From: Eledone cirrhosa | Taxonomy: Eukaryota | Assembly (NCBI GenBank): GCA_964016885.1 | Contig: OZ024742.1 | Coordinates: 236,840,001 to 236,904,000, forward strand | Direction: 5' to 3' | DNA length: 64,000 nucleotides | Shown: positions 53,900 to 64,000 of the stretch, piece after piece | Numbering within the stretch: the stretch's first letter is position 1 | Layout: each line of letters begins with the position of its first letter | Made by a program: the position numbers and the translations under genes | Notes under the pieces: model-generated | The model's database searches: none | Told to the model about the DNA's origin: nothing | Seen by the model: only the letters and a program-made list of their open reading frames with translations

Positions 53900-54690
53900 C
53901 TAAGTATACAAAGTTCTATAATGTCTCTAGCGTAGGACTGTCATAGAGGCCCAACCAAAGTACCTTACAGATCCTAGATTGCCCTAACTACCAAGAGTAA
54001 GTGTCCTTTCTCGGCTGTCATCCCCCAGCCTACAGGTGCATGCTGAGAGTAGACACATTCAGTTGGTTATGCTCAGCCTTTTTACCTTTTGATAAATCTA
54101 CTGGAAGGAAGCAGCTCACAATCGTCTTGAAAAAATTAAATCGACAAGGGTCTGGGGCCTCAGGAATTTCAATCATGTTACACTTACAACCTGTTCTACC
54201 ATAGCTACCCGGCAGTTGGAAACTGTCTGCCATTTCCGGCTAAAGGGAAGCAACGTAGTAATTTTCACGATAGACCCGGCGAACAACCGGGTGAGTCAAA
54301 CACGCGACAACAACTATTCTACAAAAATGCACAATTCTGCAATACTCGGGCTCTAAACCAGTATATGTAAAATTGTTTCGTTGGTCAGATATGTCCGACT
54401 GGTGGCACTTCCCCCACGTCTATGACATTTATCTCGACCAGCAATAACTCTCGATAGTACTTCAGAACCAGGTATTTCTCAGCTGGAGGGAAGAATGTCA
54501 CATTCGTCTTGAATAAATAAAATCGACGTAGGTTTGGATCGAAGAGGAACATGATCCAAACGGAACAAATCAGCCAGTTCATTCTCATCCAAAGTTTCCC
54601 CAAGATCATAACTCTTCACTATTTTTCTTTCTCCATAGAATGTTCCCCCATCCTGTTTGTTTACGTTGTTTCTTAGTGGTGCTACCACTC
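53900..54690 (-). mobile_element. Highly decayed Tx1-like 3' fragment
   Basis: ORF end ..STLSMHL* matches ..STLSMRL* at ~45535-45560. Confidence 0.55.
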
Positions 54691-55776
54691 TTCGGTTTAC
54701 AGAACTGGGAATTCTACAGAAAGCTCGGTGAACTGATCTGTATATCTAAATTTTGCAGAGTAAACCATTCAATCCATGCGATTTGCCTCTCACACAACCA
54801 CTTAAAAAAAAAACAATAACGTTTAATGATATTTACAGCTCACACAACACATGCAGGTTTAGCTCACCTCCTACAAAAGTTTCTTGGAGGTGTAAATGAT
54901 AGGAGCCCCAGTGACATTATGAAGAGCTGCATGAAAGGAAACGTCTTTCTCAAGAACACAACGTGCCGGCCTGTCTAGGAATCGTGGACCTTATAATCGT
55001 GTGTCCAACACCCTAAACATTAAGTGATACGCCTTCACATATTCCGCCAACATTATCGACTTTTGCGGTGATCTGACATAAGCTGCAGCACATCGGCCAC
55101 CAGCGTTTCACTTTTGGCACCAGAGTTCACTACACTCCACATCTACCCAGAATCAAGTAGCATGTTCCTGTCTCAAATCGTCAAATACCAAATTGTGTGT
55201 TTGTTGATACATCTCACCTCAGTTATACAGCTCTGCCTCCTTCCAGCTGTCACATCATGGATGTTCTACTGGATCAAAGGAGGGAGTGTCGAGACTACAT
55301 GGGCTCATAAAACTCTTAGCGAATGTGTAATGCATTCCACCAAGTCATACTCGATTGTGAGAGACGGCTGTAGTAGTAGTACTTTACAGCATAACAGTGT
55401 GTATGTTTGTGTTTGTGTGTCTGTGACTGACCATCAACGAACGTGTGTCTATGTGCTTGTGTATCTATGCATTTTTGTATCAGTGTGTTTGTATGTCTCT
55501 GTGAGTGTCTATGCATCTATGTATCTATATGTGTTTCTGTGTATGTGTATGTGTGCGTCTGTATATCCATATGTCTGTGTATCTGTGTCTATCTGCCAAT
55601 CTCTGCGCCTTATCTCTCAGTCCATCATCCCACCCTGACTCTCACTCACTTTATGTCTCACTCACTTTATCCCCCCCCCCCTCTCTCTCTCTCCTATGTG
55701 AGGTTCGTAAGATGCAGGTACACCTGTTGATAAGCTCCGTGTATTATGAGATTCTTCGCAATTTTATAACGAAACA

Positions 55777-55821
<45 letters not shown>

Positions 55822-55997
55822 GTGTGTGTGTGTGTGTTTGTGTGAGAGGGAGTGAGTGTGTATGTATGTGTGGTATATATTATGCTAAATTATATATACA
55901 TATAAAATTCTTTGTCTCTCTTTGTCTCTCTGTTTTTCCTTGTGCATTCCCAAACAGCTCGACCCAATCAAATCAAATTTTACAAGGTAATAATAAT

Positions 55998-56185
55998 TGT
56001 TTCTATTTTAGGCACAAGGCCAGCAAATACCCAGTACATTACTGGTACTTTATTTTATCGACCCCGTAAGGATGAAAGGCAAAGTTAACCTCGGCGTGAT
56101 TTGAACTCAGATCATAAAGCGACGTAACTCTATGCTTCAAAGCATGGTGTCCGACTCTCTACCGATACTGCCAATCCACCACCCT
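55998..56185 (-). mobile_element. SINE family 1 with a 19-bp TSD
   Basis: tttacaaggtaataataat at 55979-55997 and 56191-56209. Confidence 0.92.
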
Positions 56186-56617
56186 GTACCTTTACAAGGT
56201 AATAATAATAGACCCCGGGAGTGCCAACATAGAATTTTTATTTTCATTTGAATTAAAGCAATATAACACTTTATCTAAAATAATCTACTTCAGACAACTA
56301 TAAGTAAACGGATATTTTATAAAACGACGACGACGTCACATTTTGTATATGGGAGTGTATGTCTCTGCGAGTGTTCATGTGTGTTTGCGCGTTCGTTACG
56401 TACGTTATGCCTTAGTAAGTTATATACACACACATCTTCACGTAATACTTAATCAGATACACAAATTAGAGAATTAAACACACATACACATCTACACATA
56501 CATATAAATAAATGTTTCCCGGCCAGCGTCTCCTACTCAAACGTTGATTTACACACACACAAATACACGCACACATACACACACGCGCGCAGAAACACAC
56601 ACATTTATATAGCATTA

Positions 56618-56676
<59 letters not shown>

Positions 56677-56689
56677 AAATATTGGAACT

Positions 56690-57218
56690 TCCATCATCCT
56701 TTTAAGAAACGTAGACCCGCTACTTCTATGCAATGGCACACATTTTACAGTCATGCGGATGAAGAACCATCTCCTAGAGCTCACTATTCTTGGAGGCAAC
56801 CATCAAGGAGAAAAGGATTTATTGCCAAGATTCACCTCAGTCCTTTCTCCTGCCGTTCAAATTCTCAATACTTCAGTTCCCTGTTAGAGCTAGTTTTACT
56901 ATGACCATAAATAAAGCTCAGGCTCAAAATCTCAAAGTTGTAGGATTGAATATAAGAGAATCGGTTTTTACACATGGACAGTTATATGTAGGTTGTTCAC
57001 AAGTGGGAACACCTACAAATCTTCATACACTACGTACTAACTGTAAAACGAAGCATTTGGTGAATCTGGAAGATTTTTTACTCTCTTTTGTTTTGTCACA
57101 TACATCACGATCTCGCCCCATACTGTAAACTTGACAAACATCCAATACAGTCAATTTTTCTTCTACCTGTCTTCTGTTATCACATGTTTACCTGAGCGAA
57201 GCTGGGTACATCATCTAA
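56690..57218 (+). mobile_element. Helitron 3' remnant (PIF1-like helicase C-terminus and terminal hairpin)
   Basis: QFPVRASFTMTINKAQ.Q.LKVVGL..VFTHGQLYVGCS. Degenerate hairpin cctgagcgaagctggg followed by CTAA|T. Confidence 0.82.
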
Positions 57219-57257
57219 TATACACACACACGCACACACACACACGCACACACACGC

Positions 57258-57288
<31 letters not shown>

Positions 57289-58749
57289 TATTTATATATA
57301 TATATACATGTAGTCAAACAATCTTTCCATCCCATCACTTTATCTCTCCCTTCACCTTTGTCATTACCTCTTTTATCCCTCTAGCATTGAAATATACTTT
57401 ATTTAAACACAACTCTTACCTTCGATATCCCTCATTTTATTTTTCGTATTATTATCACAACACCCAACAGTCTGTAGGCTGCTATCATCAGTTTATCCTT
57501 GTTTAAGCGATATGTCGCTGTAAAGCTATCCCCATTGGACCTCCGTCCATTGCGACGACGAATGTTCCAGTTGTTCGAATAACGGAATGGCCTGCTCGTG
57601 AAGTTTACGTACAAGTGACTGAGCATTCAATAGAGCATAGGTTTAACGCAATTCTAAAGAAGATTCTGCGCGACACAGTGTGTCACACGGTTGGCCTTTT
57701 GAATTACACTCTAATTTTTGCTAGCTGACTAGATTGGAGAAATGTGAAATAAAGTGTCTTGCTCTAGACTGCAACGACAGCCGGGAATCGAACTCACGAC
57801 CATACGACCATGAGCCTAACGTCCTAAACACTAGTCTTTCACAAAACCATTCCTCTATCGTTATAATCTAAATCTTTCATCCTAGCTTTCGTATGGCTTA
57901 GTGATTAGATGGAATCAAACTCCTAATATCGTAAGTTCGATTCCCGTACCAGGTGTTGCGCTATGTTCTGAGGCAGGACATTTTATCTCACGTTGATTCA
58001 GTCCTCTCAGCTGGAAAACATGAGTTGTACCGATAATTCAAATGACCAGCCTTGGCTCACATTTGCATCGCTGAATCTCCCTAAGAACCATATTAAGGGT
58101 GTATGTATTTGTGGAATGCTCCACGACTTGCATCACAATTCTACAAGCAGCTGTTCTGTTGTTCGAACTATTCGAACATTCCTCGTCAAAACCGACGGAG
58201 ATTCAGCCATTAACTAACACTTTTCGTCTTATTCCAACAACTACTAGCTGGTATCATCTGTCTCTCCTCGTTAAGAGATATCACACTACAAAGATGTTCC
58301 TATATCGATATCATCAGAGTCAAGCAGCCTCTATATGTGATAGAAGCTGTCAATATATGAGCTGATATCGAATAGTTTCATATCTTATTTTATATTTTTA
58401 TAACACCTACCTGTGTGTGTGTGTGTCTGTATGTGTGTGTGTATGCGTGTTGCGCGTATTCGTGTGTACGCGTATGCGTGTGTGTGTGAATGTTCTCGCA
58501 CAACGTTTATTGTCTGTCTGTATGCCTATCTGTCTGCCTCTACCTATCGATCTATCTAGCATTTATCTATCTACCTACCTATCTATCTATGTGTCTATTT
58601 GTCGGCCCGTCTGTTTCCTGGTGTGCCCGAAACTCTCTCTCTCTCTCTCTCTCTTTCTCTTTCTCATCCCCCTTTCTCTTTCTCATCTCCTCTCTCTCTC
58701 TCGTTCTACCCCCTCTTTCTACCTGTATATATATATATGTATATATATA

Positions 58750-58945
58750 ATAGGATAAAGTATGACCCCGACGGCAGAACTCAAGCCGTTTCGACGGCTA
58801 TTTCTTGACTAGAAATAGCCGTCGAAACGGCTTGAGCTCTGCCGGCGGGGTCATACTTTCTCCTATTACCCACTCTACTACCCTAAGTATTGAGTACTCT
58901 GGTGCGTTATGGTCCATCTAGTTCCTTACCACAACTCCTCCGTTA
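58750..58945 (+). mobile_element. Family-A palindromic element
   Basis: Palindrome plus tail. Confidence 0.88.
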
Positions 58946-59268
58946 TATATATACATAGATAGATTGCTATAAAGATAGTGAGACAGACAGACACATATAT
59001 ATATATATATATATATATAGATAGATACGTAGATAGGTATGCATGTATATATTTAAATATATGTATGTACAAGTGTATGTGACTGTGTGTGAGTGTGTTT
59101 GTGTATGTGTGTCTGTGTGTCTGTGTGTGTCTCCCATTAAACCCCATATAGATGTTCCCCGTTACATCCGACGTTCTGTCTTTGTTTTTCCACCAGAAAT
59201 AACACTACAATATTATTTCCTCGTATCTCTTCAATATATATTTCTTAATATATATATATATATATTTC

Positions 59269-59364
<96 letters not shown>

Positions 59365-59460
59365 GAAATATATATATTGTATAAACACACACACACATGC
59401 GTACACACACACACTCACACACACACATATATATATATAAATATTAATATATATATATAT

Positions 59461-59651
59461 ATATAGAAGAGCTTCTACAGGACTAGAACTGTTTCATTCG
59501 TGAGAAATCATCAGGAAGCTTCCTGATGATTTCTCACGAATGAAACAGTTCTAGTCCTGTAGAAGCTCTTCTATATTAAAACTTTTATACTCTGCTACGT
59601 ATTGAGTACCTTACTTACTGCGGTTACCTCCGATTCAACCCGGAATAACTT
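59461..59651 (+). mobile_element. Perfect 116-bp palindrome plus a 75-nt tail, in (TA)n
   Basis: 59461-59576 is self-complementary about aag|ctt. TTGAGTAC lies at 59602. Confidence 0.9.
59517..59567 (+). ncRNA. Type I hammerhead, with an identical copy on the minus strand at 59470-59520
   Basis: AGCTTC-CTGATGA-t.ttc.tcac.gaa.t-GAAA-CAG-ttctagtc-CTG-TA-GAAGCT. Predicted cut after 59561. Confidence 0.88.
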
Positions 59652-59661
59652 ATATATATAT

Positions 59662-59743
<82 letters not shown>

Positions 59744-59745
<2 letters not shown>

Positions 59746-60035
59746 GGAACGACTAGGACCCCGACGGCTGAGCTCAAGCCGTTTCGACGGCTAATTCTAA
59801 TAATTGTTTCTACTTTAGGCACAAGGCCAGCAATTACCCAGTGCATTACTGGTACTTTATTTTATCGACCCCATAAGGATGAAAGGCAAAGTCAACCTAA
59901 TTCTAATAATGCCGTCGAAACGGCTTGAGCTCAGCCGTCGGGGTCCTACTCGTTCCTATTACCCACTCTACTACTCTAAGTATTGAGTACTTTGGTGCGT
60001 TATGGTCCATCTGGTTCCGTACCACATTTCCTTCG

Positions 60036-60037
<2 letters not shown>
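59744..60037 (+). mobile_element. Family-A palindrome interrupted at its centre by a truncated SINE family 1 copy
   Basis: SINE at ~59805-59896(-), flanked by duplicated ctaattctaataat. Confidence 0.85.
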
Positions 60038-60115
<78 letters not shown>

Positions 60116-60253
60116 GTAGAAACCCATCGGCTGGGGAACCCTCTTCACTCTACTTTGCATCTCATCATACATCGAGTACCACTCTGTTTTGTGGGTGGCT
60201 TTCCCGATTATTTCTCTAATAATACGCTATATTTATACATATATATATATACA

Positions 60254-60291
<38 letters not shown>

Positions 60292-60299
60292 CATTTAAA

Positions 60300-60500
60300 A
60301 AAAAATAAACAGAGAACAAAAAAACAAAAAAACAAAAAAAACAAAAATGTGGAAGCGAAGAGGCAGTACAAATGTTATTATTATTAGTTTCACGCTTGAG
60401 AGTGGGGGGTGGGGACGATGTTTCGGGCATAAGCCCTTCATCGGGGGAAAGTGGGTAGGAAGAGAGTTCCGAGGGTGTGTAGGGGAGTAGTAGAAAGACA
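60300..60500 (-). mobile_element. Penelope-like terminal remnant with a degenerate hammerhead
   Basis: CCGATGA-aGGGC.ttat.GCCC-GAAA-CATCG-TC at 60415-60445. U4 is altered and stem I is unpaired. Confidence 0.5.
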
Positions 60501-60617
60501 TTTAAAAAAATCATTTTTTTTAAAAAAGGGTGGGAGGGGGGGGGGGGGGGGGGGGGCAAAAAATATATATAGCTGTCGAAACGGCCGGAGCTCAGCCGTC
60601 GGAGTCCTGAATCTTTT

Positions 60618-60679
<62 letters not shown>

Positions 60680-61157
60680 CACCTGGTCACTCTCCTTCAC
60701 TCTGTCTTATCGAATCTTATTGGTTTTTCCTCTATTTCTTGCTGTACTACCTACCACCTGCTTTGCTTTTCATTGCCTTTACTTTACCTTTCGCTTTCAC
60801 ATTCACCATATCATTAGCATCATCATCATCATCATCATCATCACCCTCATCCTTAAACCACCACAACTACCACCTCTCTCTTTCTCCTTCTTTTCATCTT
60901 TCTCTTTTCTCGTGTTCGTTTGTACACTATCTACCCTTCCATCTCTTCTTCCTTTCCTTCTCTGTTATCTTCTCTCCTTCTCTCCACCTCTCTACCTTTT
61001 CCCTCCCTAAGTCCTTTTCTCTCCCCTCCCTCTCTCCCTTTCGCTATAGCCCCGCTTCCTTCATTTTCTTTCCTCTACCCGCTTTCTTTCACTTCATTTC
61101 TTCCAACCCTTCACCCCCCACCTATTTCTCTCTCTCTCTTTCACTTTTCTTTCTCTT

Positions 61158-61920
61158 CTCTCTCCTCTCTCAGTTGTCTCACCATCTCTTTCTCCGTCTC
61201 TCCTCTCTCAGTTGTCTCACCATCTCTTTCTCCGTCTCTCCTCTCTCAGTTGTCTCACCATCTCTTTCTCCGTCTCTCCTCTCTCAGTTGTCTCACCATC
61301 TCTTTCTCCGTCTCTCCTCTCTCAGTTGTCTCACCATCTCTTTCTCTTCTCTCTCCTCTCTCAGTTGTCTCACCATCTCTTTCTCCGTCTCTCCTCTCTC
61401 AGTTGTCTCACCATCTCTTTCTCCGTCTCTCCTCTCACAGTTGTCTCACCATCTCTTTCTCCGTCTCTCCTCTCTCAGTTGTCTCACCATCTCTTTCTCC
61501 GTCTTTCCTCTCTCAGTTGTCTCACCATCTCTTTCTCTTCTCTCTCCTCTCTCAGTTGTCTCACCATCTCTTTCTCCGTCTCTCCTCTCTCAGTTGTCTC
61601 ACCATCTCTTTCTCCGTCTCTCCTCTCTCAGTTGTCTCACCATCTCTTTCTCCGTCTCTCCTCTCTCAGTTGTCTCACCATCTCTTTCTCCGTCTCTCCT
61701 CTCTCAGTTGTCTCACCATCTCTTTCTCCGTCTCTCCTCTCTCAGTTGTCTCACCATCTCTTTCTCCGTCTCTCCTCTCTCAGTTGTCTCACCATCTCTT
61801 TCTCTTCTCTCTCCTCTCTCAGTTGTCTCACCATCTCTTTCTCCGTCTCTCCTCTCTCAGTTGTCTCACCATCTCTTTCTCCGTCTCTCCTCTCTCAGTT
61901 GTCTCACCATCTCTTTCTCC
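61158..61920. repeat. 38-bp pyrimidine-rich minisatellite, ~20 units
   Basis: Unit tctctcctctctcagttgtctcaccatctctttctccg, with occasional 41-bp variants. Confidence 0.96.
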
Positions 61921-62254
61921 ATCGCAGCACTACTGTATCTTTCTTTTCATTCATTTATTCCAATCTCTCTCCTACTTTCTCTTCTCTTCCTTTTTCTTTT
62001 CTTCTCTCTCGTTTCTCTCTCTCTCTACCGATCTATTCTTCCCCTCGTATATATCTTCCTCTCTATCTTCCTTTATTCTTCGTCTCTTTCTCGTCTACCC
62101 CCCCCCCCCTCCTCTTCTTTCGTCATTCTCTGCCTCTCTGCCTCTCTTCCAATCCTAATACAGTTGTGACTTTCCTTCTCTCCCGTTTCCATCTCACCTA
62201 CGTATACTCTGTCTCCCTCTTTCACCCCCCCTCTCTATCCCCCTGTCCATTCCA

Positions 62255-62760
62255 GCACAACTCTCTCTTTCCCCCTCTCTCAACGTTATCTGCTCTCTCT
62301 ATCTCTCTACCTGTCCTAACACAACTCTCTCTTTCACCCTCTCTCTATCTCTCTACCCGTCCCAAAACAACTCTCTCTTTCCCACTCTCTCAACGTCTTC
62401 TGTCTCTCTCTCCCTATCTCTCTACCCGTTCCAAAACAACTCTGTCTTTCCCCCTCTCTCAACGTCCTCTGTCTCTCTCTCTCTATCTCTCTACCCGTCC
62501 CAAAACAACTCTCTCTTTCCCCCTCTCTCAACGTTCTCTGTCTCTCTCTCTATCTCTCTACCCGTCCCCAAACAACTCTCTCTTTCCCCCTCTCTCAACG
62601 TCCTCTGTCTCTCTCTCTCTATCTCTCTACCCGTCCCAAAACAACTCTCTCTTTCCCCCTCTCTCTATCTCTCTACCCGTCCCAAAACAACTCTCTCGTT
62701 CCCCCTCTCTCAACGTCCTCTCTCTCTCTCTCTATCTCTTTACCCGTCCCAAAACAACTG
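62255..62760. repeat. ~60-bp pyrimidine-rich tandem repeat
   Basis: Recurring tatctctctacccgtcccaaaacaactctctctttccc. Confidence 0.9.
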
Positions 62761-62795
62761 CTTCTTTCCTCTTCTCTCGTTCCCCCAACTCTGGA

Positions 62796-62847
<52 letters not shown>

Positions 62848-62994
62848 ATCCAAACACAACAGCTTCTTTCCTCCTCTCTCATTTCTTCCATTCTCTCTCT
62901 CTCTCCCCATCCATCCCAACATGGTTGTGTCTTTTCTTTCTCTCTGGATGCCGTATTTCTCATCTCTTCAGTGTTCCGTGGCTATTTACTTCAC

Positions 62995-63264
62995 TGACAG
63001 CAGCAGCCACAACAACAACAACAACAACAACAACAGGAGCGGCAGGAGGAGGTGGAGTAGTAGGAGGAATAAGAAAGGTTAACAGTGTTGTTAGCTGCCG
63101 TGTCAACATCACAACACAACACACAACGTTGTTACATCGTTATCATCATTATGCTCAGCCCTCATCGCAGCAGCAGCAGCAGCAACAACAACAATACGAT
63201 CATCCCCACCACCACCACCACCAACAACAACAATAATACGATCAACCCCACCACCACCACCACC

Positions 63265-63312
<48 letters not shown>

Positions 63313-64000
63313 AACAACAACGTCAACATTAACCGGAATACGACTAAGAGCAGCAGCAGCATCAACAACATCAACAGCATGAACAACAGCTCAACGACAT
63401 CAGCATCAAGAACAGCAACATCACCAACAACATCAACAACAGCATCAACAACAGCATTAACAACATCATCATCATCTATAACAGCAATATCATTCTAAAC
63501 AGTAGCAAAAACAATCACGGTGTTTCCTGCTCTCGGTACAGAATTGTACATTGTGTGAGTGAAGGAGGGCATAGTCTAATAGATTACCCCGGTATATCAC
63601 TGGTATTTTATTTTATTGGCCCCCGGAAGGATGAAAGGCAAAGTCGACCCCAACACCAACAACACTATTAACAGCAGTAACAGCATCAATAACAACAGCA
63701 TCACCCACCTCTACTATAACACAACAGTCTCAAAAATCATCAGCATCATCACACCCACCACCAACAACACCAACAACAACAACAACAACACCAACAACAC
63801 CAACACCAACACCAACACCACCACCACCACCAACAACAACAACAGTAAGACCCCCAGAAAAGAAAACTACCGCCACAAAAACAGCAGCAACATTATCATC
63901 ATCGACAACAATAACAGCAGCGACATTAAGAGCAGGGACAACAAACATAAACACATAAACAGCAAGAAAAGTAATAACACCAACCACAAACACACCCATA
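62995..64000. repeat. Degenerate (CAA/CAG/CAC/CAT)n field with a SINE fragment at ~63590-63650
   Basis: Read directly from the sequence. Confidence 0.85.

Noticed and set aside
61158-61920. CRISPR-like appearance of the 38-bp array (also the 44-bp array at 29902)
   Set aside because: Units are contiguous with no unique spacers, there are no cas genes, and the context is eukaryotic.

Overview
Repeat-dense, gene-poor eukaryotic DNA with no confidently callable host gene. The SINE, LINE and microsatellite make-up suggests an octopod cephalopod, which is an inference. Most listed ORFs are microsatellite artefacts. Main content: (1) A near full-length but mutated Tx1/L1-clade LINE (457-6296, minus strand) plus truncated relatives. 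Four separate 5' junctions all abut (GATA)n, which points to a (TATC)n-targeting retrotransposon. (2) Many unrelated short non-coding elements sitting in (TA)n tracts. They carry readable type I hammerhead ribozymes (two with the U3-A8 variant core), fold-back palindromes and a shared 3' T(T/C)GAGT(A/G)C motif, i.e. Penelope-like pLTR / retrozyme-type units. A decayed Neptune-type GIY-YIG element lies nearby. (3) A chain of RTE-clade copies and bipartite derivatives joined by (TATG)n. (4) A tRNA-head SINE whose 3' end resembles a (TTA)-tailed sister lineage of the Tx1 element. (5) A complete pogo-type DNA transposon, hATm-like, Helitron and R4/Dong remnants, minisatellites, and a 200-N gap. 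All structures were read by eye; no folding program, alignment or database search was run.
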